From Vicugna vicugna (taxonomy: Eukaryota): a DNA stretch of 64,000 nt. The stretch is from NCBI GenBank assembly GCA_013265495.1, contig MU058337.1:1542777-1606776 (forward strand). Direction: 5' to 3'. A model generated the notes under the pieces. The model did not search any database and was not told the origin of the DNA. It saw only the letters and a list, made by a program, of their open reading frames with translations. The position numbers and the translations under genes were made by a program. Below are positions 1-11,850 of this stretch, piece after piece; the stretch's first letter is position 1, and each line of letters starts with the position of its first letter.

Positions 1-216
1 CTGTCTTGTGCTATGTCTCGTGTAACCAGCCTCAATCATGGCCCCTGAAGCTGACCTCAGCACGTTGTGCAGCACAGTAGGAGAGGAGAAGGGCCACTGG
101 TTAAAGGTGGTTGTCATGGCAATTTGTCAGGTCTTCTGAATTTTTTTTTCTGTTTTGATCTACTACCTGTTCATTCCGGTTCTTCAATAAGACTACACTT
201 TGTGTTTTGTCAAGTA

Positions 217-433
217 CAGTTGACCCTTGAACAACATGGGTTTGAACCCCTTGGGTCCACTTACAGGCAGATTTTTTTCAGCAGTAAATCTTACAGCACT
301 GCACCATCTGCTGTTGGTTAAATCCTGGAATATGACAGAACCATGGGGACTGAGGGCAGACTGAGTTATATTCAAATTTTTGACTGTGTGTGGGTCGGCG
401 TCCCTAACCCCCGTGCTGTTCAAGGGTCAGATG
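217..433 (+). mobile_element. Tigger2-derived non-autonomous DNA transposon (MER8/Tigger2a-like MITE)
   Basis: TIRs CAGTTGACCCTTGAACAAC (from 217) and GCTGTTCAAGGGTCAGATG (to 433), flanked by TA at 215-216 and 434-435. Interior resembles the Tigger2 end as I recall it. Confidence 0.85.
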
Positions 434-3400
434 TATTTTGCACCCCTCAATACAAAGTTGCTAAGTCGTAAAGTTAAAAATAATAAAAATGTTTCAAATG
501 TACAAAAGAGGTAATAAGAGACTTCACATTTCCTTAGCAAAGGATAAGTGCTACGGTTTGTGTGGATGGATGGGTGGGTGGACAGCCAAAACCTCTGGCA
601 GGAGCATAACTGATCACTTCACTTCACAGAGAAGCCAGACTGTGTTGCTGAAAGACAGTCCTGCCTCTCAAATAGCTTTTTGCATCAGTGAAGTAACCCA
701 GTTTCATTGTTCCTGATGTTAAGCCAGGAGATGAAGGTATTCTTTTATTGAAGCAAACATGTGGAAAATTGCTCCGGATTCTTGGAGTAGAGAACATGTC
801 CCCTGAACGGAATTAGGTTCATGTGTAGGGCAGATTCAGACAGGGCGCTTTATCGGGGTTACCGCTGGCCTCTGGACGGTCAAAGCAAATAACATCACGT
901 CCATCTCAACTATTATGCCATTAGAGTGGCGCATTTTCTCATCGGCAGTGTTATGTTCTAAACTGTCAGCAGACATTAATTCTGTCACTGGTGAAGCCCT
1001 ACCACCCAGAGATGACCTCTGCCTCAGATGGAGGGTTTCCACTTCAGTGCTGCGGTCTCCCAATTAACTGGGTCATTAATATCATTGCATGTGATTAGGG
1101 ACGGCAGAATGAGCAGGAGGTCTGCGGGCTGTGTGCGCTCCCCACCATGAACTTTTTACTCCGACCCTTTGCTATCTAGACTTTTCCACATCTCCACAAA
1201 GCTATTTTAATGATGAAGACCGTTAAAAACTCAGGAGTGGGCTAGAAATTGTGTGCTAGAAATAATTCACTCAAACGCACGCTTCTTCATGGCTCAGAAT
1301 ATTTTTATTAGATATTATCACCATCTCTTGACCAGGAAGTCTCATTTTTAAAGAATCGGAATGCTTAAGTAAAGCTGCTGTGGACAATGGGGGATTATGT
1401 TTTATCTTTAGAACTCTGACATCACTCCTTTGTTTTGTTTTGTTTTAAATGTGAGTTTGGTCATTATATTGAAGTGGTCATCTGGCCACCTATTTTTAAA
1501 TAATTCCTCTTTCTTAGTAGATTTTGGTGCATAATGAGGTTGACTCTCATATATAAAGGTAATTGTTCTCCTACCATTGACTGTCACGTTCTCGTGATGT
1601 TAACTCTGGATCGCTGTGACAAGATGAGCTCCCTGAAAGCACACTAGATGTACAGTTTTTTTAATGAAATCTGGTTGAAATTATTTTCCCTAATGAGAGA
1701 CTCCACCTGCATGAATCATCGTAACTTTTAGCCATAAAATTTTAGACTTAGAAAGGGCCGTTTTCCCTCAACAGAATTGATTAAAAATCAAGACATCAAG
1801 GTGTTGCAAGCAGTATTTTGAGGGGGAAAAAGGAGAAGCCACTCACGAATGATCGCATGTGTTTATGCATGTGTCTTATAGAAGGAGGGGACAGGTGATT
1901 TATTGCCAGGACAGTTTGCTCTTACTCAGGAAAGCATCAGTACATGCTGGGAGGTGTTTCTGTCGTGACATGTACCCTATGTGTGCACACACACATACAC
2001 ACGCACACGTTCAAGGCTTCTCTACCATTTTTTCACTCTGGTTGTATGTAATCAGTGACTTTCCAGGGCTAGTTCATCAAAGGTCACTATGACTCTGAGC
2101 CTTCAATGATTGTCACTAACTTGATCTTTGGGTACAGTTGTTAATGGTAAAAAGATTTTATGAGTGAGCTGTGCTAGAATTTCTTACATTCTAGAGGTAG
2201 TGTTGATTACTTTATGTTATTACTGTTCTCTTGATAGGGTGACCTGCAGTGTCCAAGTCTCACGTGGTAGATGATACAGGAGAGAAAATAACTTACATTG
2301 GCTCCTTTAGACTCAGTTCTGCCTAGCTTCTTCCTCTCTCCCCTCTTCCCAAAAGAGTGATACAAAAGTGGCAGTGTCATATGTCATTAAATCTTTTAGT
2401 GAACTCACCAAGAGAAGCAGTGTACTGAACTGTTTCAAGGTTGTTACATTTTTAAAAACTCTTATTTTTGAGCTGTCATTAGCAGATCCAATCATTGTTC
2501 ATGGTGAACACTGAAAATTGAGGAAATAATTCTACCGTTTTGTTTAAGAGCATCCATTTATACTGGATACCTGGTGCCTTTACTCATTTAATGCCAGAAT
2601 ATGGGAGGAGGGTCTGGTTTTTAATTCATTTTTCCAAATCATTCTGTCTACTGGAGAAGCTAATGAATTACTTTGCACAGAAGTCACTGGGGCTAAGCCA
2701 GTTACTACCTTTTAATGCCTAATTTACTGCTTTACAATGTCAAAACGCAGCCAGGGTGATGTGGTTTTAATTCAAGTGTTTCTTCCTGTCCCACTGGCAC
2801 AAAGTTTCCTGGGGTAAAAAGCACACCTATCCTGTATCTTCCTTTGTATTTTTCTTTTTTCCAACTGAGGCCATTTTAAGAAGTATTTATAAAACTTTTA
2901 CTCTAAGATCAGGCATTCTGGGATGAAATGCTATATGATTTGAAATAATGCTTTCTTTTTTTTAAATATTACACCAAGCAAAAATAGCGAGGCCCTTGGA
3001 AAATCATGATGGTATATATTCGTCATTTCTTTGACTGTAAATCCACAGAGAAACACATGAAAGGGAAGAAGTTAGAAGAAGTGATTTTTTTTTCATCTTC
3101 CTTTTGGCACATCATACAGATGTTTTTGCTCCAGACGTTTTTATTAATTTTTTAAAAAGGCATTTATTTTTAGCATTCAGTGAGTATTATCATTTCCATG
3201 TTTAGAATTATTTCCTAAGTTAGTGTCTTAAAGGGTAATCGTGATATTCAAGGCATTAAACTACACTGAGTTCTGGAAATGGAATTCCTGTTTCCTTAGT
3301 GCATATCTTGAATGTGCACCCCACATTTTCAATTTGAATTCATGTCAGGGTGTTAAGTAGGTAGATCTTAACTTCCTGGTTGCATGTTCACATTAAATAG

Positions 3401-4006
3401 TTATATTTTTATCAGCCTTCTGGTTTTCAACTTACATATGTCATTTCATTTTTTTTCTTTCCTTTTAGACACTCAAAGATTGGCTAGCCCTGCTAGAAGA
3501 AAACAGTAACAAGTTTATGTGTCATATTTATTTTAATGTCCCAGCTTTACTCTTTGTGTTTATGACTTGATTCTGTTGCTTTTGGCTCCACAGTATGCCA
3601 GGTTATACGCTTTTGAGCTCTGAATTGAGTTTCCAGAGACTGATGTGTAGAAACACTGGCCTGAGAAATCACAATTAGCAGGGCCAGTGGATGGTGACCT
3701 GGAGGAAGAGAACAGCTCTAGGAGGATGCTGCTGATAGAGGGTTTTCATAAAATGCTCTTTGTTTCATAATCAAATAAGAGCAAATTACACCATGGGCTG
3801 CTTTATAGGAAGACAAGGTTCTTACTCTTACGAGAAAGCTGAACTCTCTGGTTTTCCTGACTCTGTATGCTCAGTATTATCTGTGTCTCTTTGGTGGACC
3901 TCCTTGATGAAGTTGATAAAAAATATTTGCTTTTGAGTGTCCATCAGTTCCCCACCCTGTCCCGGCCCCGTCCTGACCCCATCCCAGTAAGTCGCATCTT
4001 AAAATA

Positions 4007-4255
4007 GTTTGTTTCTGTTTTGTAAATAAGTGTGTCTTTTTTTTTTTTCAGTTTTGAGATTTGTAGATACTAACTACAATATATATAAAATAGATAAACA
4101 GCAATGTCCTACTGTATAGCACAGGGAACTCTATTCAATATCTTGTAATAACCTATAATGAAAATGAATATATGCATGTATACGTATAACTGAATCACTA
4201 CGCTGTACACCAGAAACAAACACAACATTGTAAATCAACTCTACTTCAATTAAGA
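4007..4255 (+). mobile_element. 5'-truncated L1 3' end (artiodactyl type), possibly with a short inverted 5' piece
   Basis: 4050-4255 matches the L1 3'UTR (cctactgtatagcacagggaac...tgtacaccagaaac...gtaaatcaact) also seen at 23014, 38170 and 63480. 4007-4048 is the reverse complement of an upstream part of the same UTR. Confidence 0.8.
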
Positions 4256-7200
4256 TAAACTTGCTTGAGTATTTTACTCAGTTCTCTGGAGCAGGAGTAT
4301 AAGCTGGTGTTCCGTGCTTTCCATGATAACCTGAGTTCTCCTTCACAGTCATGCTCTTGTTCTGTAGACTTTTTTGTGCTGCCCTCACTCTTTGTGCAGG
4401 GGACCCATCTTCTGCACAGGTCCGGCAGGTGAATTCTTCATCTGATTAGCACAACTCTGCCCAAGTGATAGACTGAAGTAAAAACAGCCAGGTCCCCCCG
4501 CCCCCTCTCCTTGGGGTGCAGAGCAACCACAGCTGGATGAAGACATGTCACAATGCAGCATGACTTCCTCTCCATTGGCCCCGTCTAAAACTCACAGCCA
4601 GAAAATATCCTTGCCTTTTCAGGCTGCTTGGCTCACGGGTTCTCCTTTTTATCTGCTCAGATAACCAGTGTGCCATCCCCAGTGAGGAAGCACTGCAGGC
4701 AAGTTCCTGTGCAAATACACGGGAAACCACAGGTGCTGGCTGAGTAGTTTCCAGACGTGAGGAGAACTTTTAGGCCATGTGGACTCAGGGTGCTTTTTTC
4801 TTGCTGAGCAATGATCTCCACCCACTTAAAATCAGGCCCTGGGGGAACAATGTCGAGATCCCAGCACACTGACTACATGCAGTGAGAGCCCGGAAGCAGA
4901 AGCCTTCAAGAGCAGGTGGTGAAGTGCCTGCATTTCTTTCTGAAACCTGTTTTCTAACTAGATGGAGATACTTTTCTAGTAATTTTTAGTTTTATAAAGT
5001 CTGTTTTTTCCCCTGGGCCAAGGAGGGGGTAAAAATGGGCACTAAAAGCTTAGACAGAACAGTGTCATTTTTTTCTAGTGAAATGATTAAATGCAATTTC
5101 ATCCATTTAGTATAGTAGTAACAGGACTGTGGTGGCTTTAGATGATGCTGGTAGAAAGATACAAAGAAAAACTAATATAATGAGGTTAACAATTTATTTT
5201 TACTCTTTCTCTAAAGTTAAAAATTCCTAATACATTCAAATCAATAGTAAAATAATTGCAACACTGTCTCCTGAAATGGAGGTAGAGTTTATTCTCCAAG
5301 CATTGGCAATTTCTTTTTGTATTTCAAAGTTGGCCACTGAGCCTCTTAAATAAAGCCTCTGGTGACTGACTGTTGCAGCAGAAATCAGAATATTAATCTT
5401 GGGGCTTTATTTCAGAGTTCACTGCCGGTAACAAGGCGCCATCAGGACAGGACACTTAAGGCTGTGCCATTTCTCAAGGCAGGAGGAGCGGGGAAGGAGA
5501 GGGGGACACCCCTGGAATTAGGCCCACACTCCCCTTCCTAAGTAGGAGGTCATGGGGAGGAGAGACATTCATTTGTACTGTGGGATCAAATAGAAAGTAT
5601 GTTGAAGTTACTCTGAGTTATTTTATAATTAAACTTTCTATGACATTTACCTTCTGAAGAAGCATCAGTTGGTACTAACATCTTAAAACCTGGTTTCCCT
5701 GACAGATGAGATCATTCCTAACTTAAGGCAAAAATCTTTCCTGGAGGAACATCTAACTAACTGTATGTTAAAATGTAGCCACTTTTGAAACAGCCAAGTG
5801 TTAGGGATGCTATTTCAAAGTTAGTACTAAATTTTTCAATATCTTCCAATAACCTCTGCACCTTCCACACTGACTTAAAGGGGGAAGACGCAGAGCCCAG
5901 AATGCAGAGGAAGCACCATCCTCACCCAGTGGCCTGCCTCTTGGCCTGCCCTCCCCTTCACCACCCCACCCCGCCCCACCAGCAGTGACCTCTACCTCCA
6001 GGAACTCAGCAAAGGCAGCGTCTGCAAATTTCCCTCTGCATCTCCAGGGCTTGAGGTTTTTTTCTCCCCAAGGAATTAAAAAAAAGTTCCAGCTGTGAAA
6101 GATGCGAAGCACAATTTTCTTCCTACCATGCACAGCCTGTGGATGTTAGGTTCTAGCCTGCAGTTTATGTTGAATTCTTTTGGAGCTCTCTACATCTGGG
6201 GGCTCTTCAGGCATCACTGTGAGTAAACCAGAGGGAGTTCCCCATGCAGGCGCTGGTATTCAGGAAAGGCACTGGCCTGCAAATTAAAATCAAAAGAAAA
6301 AGCCACTCAAATTAAGTGCACCTCCAAACTGGCAAAGGAGAAGTTTGTAGCTTCTGCCTCTGCAGACGCTGTTCTGAATTACATTTACCAGTGACTCTTC
6401 TCTGCCTGCCTTGTCTGTCCTTTCTTGAGGTTTTAAATTTATCTTTGCCCTTCAGACCTGAATCTTTGATCTTTTTACCTCAAGGTTTAAATAAATAAAT
6501 CTATATTCCTCCCCACAACTTTTTTTTCTCGGTATATACCCTGCAGATCTTATTTTTATCACTCATCAGCTTAGTGTTAACGTTTTAGCAAGAAAAAGTC
6601 AGTCATTTAACTGTGCACTGGGGTGCATTCATGTGTATGTGACTGAGAAAACATGGAGATTCCACTTGAATTAAGTCAACTAAACCTTTGAAACTAGCAG
6701 CCACACAAAGACATCATTCTTCCACTTTTTTCCTATATAAAAACATATCCTAAATTTTGACAAAGATCAGATGAGAAAACTCTAAATAATTAAGTGAGAT
6801 TTTAGCACTGCTCTGAAATGAACCAGAGAGTGCCAGCTCGGAGATCCCCATACTGTTCTAAGCCGTTATGAGGGAAGGATGCTTTGAAATTGAGGAGGAA
6901 AAAGGGAGAGAGGATGGAGAAAATGGCGAGAAAAGTTTTTGGTTTTTTTTAGAGTCACAGAAGCATGTGAAGTTCTCAGGTATTTGTTCTAACTTATCTG
7001 CCAAACATTTTTTCAACAATCAACAAGAAGATACTATCTACTTTTTACTGTAAAAGAAAAAAATTATGGCAATTTCTGCCCGGTTTCCCAGGAGAAACTC
7101 AGTGTCAGCAATAGCAGAAGCGTGAGATACGACTGTGAGACTGGACGTTAAGGAAACACTCAGATAAGCAAAGAGCTATTTCTACACACGAGAGGCAGCC

Positions 7201-7744
7201 ATTGTTTGTAAGAAAAACAGTGAAAGTACAAGTCGAGAACTTGAGACCCAAGGCACGTCATTCCGTGCCTTGTTTCCCAGCTGATGTTGGTATCCACAGC
7301 CCGCATATTTCTCTGCATGAGTGTCTGCCGCCCCGCCACCTAGAAAACAAACAGCTCATTAAAAGAATACCTTTGGATTTATTTTACCAGAAAGTCTATC
7401 CCTCTTTCAGGGCTTTTAATAGTGTTAGTAGACAAGACTCTGATAATCAAAGTAGAGAAGGATTTACATGGCAGAAGCGTATATGAAACACCTGTGTTCC
7501 TCGCCCCTTGAACTTTGGAGGAAGGAAAATGTCTAACTCGCCACTTCCTTTTCTCTTCTGGAACTCGACCTGGAATGGAAAGCCCGTTTCTCAGCAAGGT
7601 GCCGGGTAGCCTGTCTTTCTACAGCTTTAGTTATAACACTATTCAGAGAACTCAGCATCCTAATGACATAGAAGAGTGTGTTTCAACAAAGCAGAGCATA
7701 GGCTGTTTAAAAAAATACATACTGAAAGTGGTCAAATGTTCTGT

Positions 7745-7767
7745 CCTCCTCCTCCTCCTCCTCCTCC
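7745..7767. repeat. (CCT)n short tandem repeat
   Basis: tcctcctcctcctcctcctcctcc read directly. Confidence 0.9.
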
Positions 7768-8589
7768 ATCTTGAGGTGGAAAGGGAGTCAAGCTGGTGAA
7801 CTGGAGGCAGGTGGCTGCTGGAGGTTGTCCCCCTATATCCCGGGCTGCCCCAGTGCCCTCACAGAGCCGTGGGCACATGTGGTTCCCTCTGTCCATCCAG
7901 AGATGTTCTGCCCCAGGGAGCTTGGTTGGGGTTTGGATTTATTTAACAAGGTCGATATTGGTGGTAATAACACATCCCTTCTTTCGGGTGGAGTACCAAA
8001 TGATGGAGAACTTCAGAATTTGAAGACCAGAATTCTACTACATCTCTTCAGCTCAAAGAAAGTTGAGGAAAGACAAGGGGCGAGGAGTCTCCTCTTTTGA
8101 GTGTTTACAGAACTTGGACTCTTGACAAACAGGGAGCATCAAGGTAATTGTTCTCAAAGCAGGAAGTCTGTAGTAGAGGAAGCAGGTGTTGTGTGATGAT
8201 TACTACATTTTGAAATTACCATATTTACTGTCTTGCTCCTTGGAGGTTGACCCCAAAGTAGTCAGTAAGCTTTCTGGAAGATGCTGGCCCTTTCATCTCC
8301 AGACTCATGTGAAATCCCTTGATCATGAAGGGAGGAGAGAGCACTTAAGTACACTGGAAACCAGAGGTCATCCGTCCGGCAGTGTTGACACTGTATCCAT
8401 CTTTCTTTCTTTCTTTCTGTTTTTCTTTTTTTGCCTTTCAGCATCCCATACGTTCAGAAAACTTGTGACTAAGAGTGAATTCTTATTTTTCAAATTGCTT
8501 TCAGACATTTCATGTTCATGTAAACTTGGCTTATTGATTTCCTGATTTTTTCTTTATTTTTTTGTTTTGTCCATTTTATTTTTAATCAG

Positions 8590-8682
8590 CTACATCAAAT
8601 GGGTCTTTGGAGGGCCTGGATAACCAGGAGGGAGGGGTGTGCCAGACAAGAGCCATGAAGATCCTCATGAAAGTTGGACAAG
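8590..8682 (+). CDS. EFNB2: Ephrin-B2 coding exon 3 (93 bp, phase 1-1): (S)[30 protein letters not shown](D)
   Basis: AG at 8588-8589 and GTAAAG at 8683. Translation is the end of the ephrin receptor-binding domain, matching ephrin-B2. Confidence 0.97.
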
Positions 8683-9411
8683 GTAAAGACCGCCCGCCGC
8701 TTCACGAAGCCACTGTAGCCGGCTTGAGCCCCCAGCGAGAGCGGCGCCAGCATGGCTGGCGCGCGCCTCCCCTCGCTCTCCAGTGTAGTTTCGAAAGCAA
8801 ACCTTTCTCCATCCCTTGAGCCACTGACACATTTCCTCCTTCAGTTGATGTGACACTTCTTTTATTGGAGACAGTTCTAAAAGTTGAGGTCGGCCAGGTA
8901 CAATGTCTGTTGCCATGTACGTATACACAGATAGATGCTTTCTTCTTAAAAGCAAGACACCTCTTTGGTTCAAAATTTAAATATCCAGAGCGATAACTAA
9001 GTTTCTGCCATTTTGCCCATTTCTGCCTCATGACTACAGAAGACATGTGTTCACTGAGCCTCTCCACCTAGAGGTGACCTATTTTGCAGAAAGAATTATT
9101 CTTCTAATTAGAGACTGGGATAGTAGTCAGTCAGCTTGCTCAGTTAAATTGAAATGTCATCTGCAACGCTCTGCCTGCCAAATGCAAGAATCCCTATAGC
9201 TTCCACAGATGGCCTCACAATCTAAACCTCTGAAATAACTAGTATAAGCGTTTTGTTTTAAAAGGAAAATTATATTCCTACATCTCGCAGTACTTTGCAT
9301 AAAGAATCTTATGCTCATTGCTATTCATGCCTCTTGAGATACACATCCAGCTCCTAGAGCTAGACCCCATCAGCTGTCTGGGCTGTGAGTAATCGTTTGT
9401 TTTTCACATAG

Positions 9412-9525
9412 ATGCAAGTTCCGCTGGGTCAACCAGGCATAATGATCCAACAAGACGCCCAGAACTAGAAGCTGGGACAAATGGAAGAAGTTCAACAACA
9501 AGTCCTTTTGTCAAACCAAACCCAG
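9412..9525 (+). CDS. EFNB2: Ephrin-B2 coding exon 4 (114 bp, phase 1-1): (D)ASSAGSTRHNDPTRRPELEAGTNGRSSTTSPFVKPNP(G)
   Basis: ttttcacatAG (9410-9411) and GTAGGG (9526). In frame with exons 3 and 5; matches the ephrin-B2 stalk. Absent from the ORF track because it is short. Confidence 0.96.
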
Positions 9526-10859
9526 GTAGGGCAGCGTGATACGCGCGGGTCTCGGTCGGTGTGGGCCACCCGGCTGGCGCTGTAGGGGCAGCACGGGGTC
9601 CGAGTGCTTCTGCGTCAGAGGGTCACCTTGTAGTGAGGAGAGTCAGTGATCTTTGCTCTTGGTTGGTTGCTATTAATTACTCAGTCAGAACAAAATAACT
9701 CGTTCCCACAAAAGTCGTACACTCAGAGAGTCAAACTCATCAGGTCTAAGTGCTGATTGTTCACGCTGCTCTTGCAGATCAAAGTCGTTTTCGTTGGCTG
9801 ACAGGTTACTGCTCTGGTTGCAACGCTAGCTTCAAGTCAGTGTTAATGTATATATAATTAAGGTTCTAATGCCTCATCTAATTATACCTAATCCACAAAG
9901 CGCCTGATTAATCCTCTTCTACGTTTAAGATGGTAATGTCTTAAAACATTGCACAATACCACATTTTTTTGGGTGGTTTCATAGAAGTTCTTTTTTCACA
10001 TTTTCAGTATAAGATAAAATATAAAGCGAATTCCTGGCAAAAGTTTAAAATACAGGATACAGTTGGCTGTCATTTAACTTCATTTTTTGCAGTCTTTGAA
10101 CAAATAGCTATGTATTTGTTACCACACAAGTGAATTTTCTATGTCGTGGCCGCAGAGCAGACGTCAGCAGCCGCAGCCGGGATCCGCAGGCCTGGCTGGT
10201 AGTCGCACGAACGTAGAGTCTGCAGCAAAATTCCATCTCTTTCCCAGCGTCAAGGAGGGAAGTTGTTATTTCTAACTTTCAATGACAAGATGTGTCAAAT
10301 CCTTATGACAAACTGATAAATGGGTAATATAATGATGCCAGGCAATTTTTTAGTACTGAACATTTGGGTTGGCAGTCTGTTCTGTGTGAGAGTTTCTGCT
10401 GCCTTCCAAATATACTTTAAGTGTAAATCAAATAATACAAACGAGTTTCGGGTTGAATACTTTCCCAGGCCCCATCCTCCCCGTGAGTCCTGGAGCGGAT
10501 CTGCGGGTAGGCAGGGCTTGTCTTTAAAGGCAGGTGGTGTGGCACTGGCTGCTCCCCACCCTCCTCCTGCTCCCTGTGGTGGCCACAGGCCAGCCGACGT
10601 GGGTTAAGACGTGAGACAAGGTCAAGGGCTGGCTGTCACAGCCCGTCCTCGAGGCTGAAGGATGATGACGTGTAGAAAAGAAGCCGTGGGGTCTGCTCTG
10701 ACCGGGAGTCATGTCTCCCATATTTCTGGCTTCTGCATTTTGCTCTTAAAGGAGGTGCTCGGTTTGCCAGCATCTGGCCGCCAGGGAGGTCTGGAGAGGC
10801 CCTGCTCAGCGTTCCCGTCTGAGGGGCCCTGCAGGCAGCCGGCCAGCCCCGGGCTCAGA

Positions 10860-11850
10860 GGTGACTGCTGTGCTTCCTTCTTCCCGCCCCGCAGGGTCCA
10901 GCACAGACGGCAACAGCGCCGGACATTCTGGGAACAATATCCTCGGTTCCGAAGTGGCCTTATTCGCCGGGATTGCTTCAGGATGCATCATCTTCATCGT
11001 CATCATCATCACGCTGGTGGTCCTGCTGCTCAAGTACCGGCGGAGACACCGCAAGCACTCCCCGCAGCACACGGCCACGCTGTCGCTCAGCACGCTGGCC
11101 ACGCCCAAGCGCGGCGGCAACAACAACGGCTCGGAGCCCAGTGACATTATCATCCCGCTGAGGACTGCGGACAGCGTCTTCTGCCCCCACTACGAGAAGG
11201 TCAGCGGGGACTACGGGCACCCGGTGTACATAGTCCAGGAGATGCCCCCGCAGAGCCCGGCCAACATTTACTACAAGGTCTGAGCCTCGGCGGTGCCTTC
11301 GCTTTCCCGGAGGAAACTTACTGTCCCGCTGCCGCCCGCGGGGGGTCGGGGCCCCCTGTGCCTGCGACGGACTGACTCACAGCGCGGGGAGAGGACAGGC
11401 CTCCTCGCAGAGCCCCGTGGGGTCGGACAGCTTGCTAGTCTGTAGCGTTTCGGCCGTGGTGACGACGATGCTCACCGACTGCTGGCGACTCGTGTAGAAG
11501 ACGCGCACCCGGACCGGCGCGCCGGGCACCTCCCCTCCGCCGGGGCCACGGGGACGCAGAGCGCGTGGTGGGCGGGAGCGAGAGCTGGCAGCCCCCGGGA
11601 CGGTGGCCCGGGCCGCCAGGCCTTGGAACGTGGCCCCCCGCGCTGCACCCCGGACTTGGCGCACAGACTGGCTGCGTGAGGCTTTCCGCGGGCGCGAGCT
11701 TTGCGTCCTCGCCGTTGCACACACGCCTGTCAGCCGGGGCTCTGCAGCCCTGCACACGAGGTGCCCTCTCACGCCACACTGCATCACTAACGGAACACTG
11801 CTACTCCGAGGCTCCCGCTCCCTCCGTTGGCAACAACAGCTGCAGCCGAA
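10860..11850. promoter_or_regulatory. CpG-island-like GC-rich segment over the last exon and proximal 3'UTR
   Basis: Visibly very high G+C and CpG density compared with the flanking intron and distal UTR. Not computed. Confidence 0.7.
10895..11283 (+). CDS. EFNB2: Ephrin-B2 terminal coding exon 5 (389 bp): juxtamembrane region, TM helix, cytoplasmic tail ending in the PDZ ligand YYKV
   Basis: Acceptor cccgccccgcAG (10893-10894). Encodes [51 protein letters not shown]...[33 protein letters not shown], stop TGA at 11281-11283. Confidence 0.98.

Larger units (their letters stand above)
1..8589 (+). other. EFNB2: 3' part of EFNB2 intron 2 (exons 1-2 lie upstream of the window)
   Basis: Ends in a T-rich polypyrimidine tract and ...ttttaatcAG (AG 8588-8589) directly before exon 3. 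No ephrin exon 2 sequence is seen in the window. Confidence 0.9.

Noticed and set aside
10861..10894. N-terminal extension [11 protein letters not shown] of the 140-aa ORF
   Set aside because: It is intron 4 branch/polypyrimidine sequence with a GTG pseudo-start. The exon begins after the AG at 10893-10894.
11281..11445. Possible stop-codon readthrough (53 open codons to TAG at 11443)
   Set aside because: The context TGA-GCC is not the leaky TGA-CTAG type, GC richness explains the open frame, and an extension would mask the PDZ ligand.
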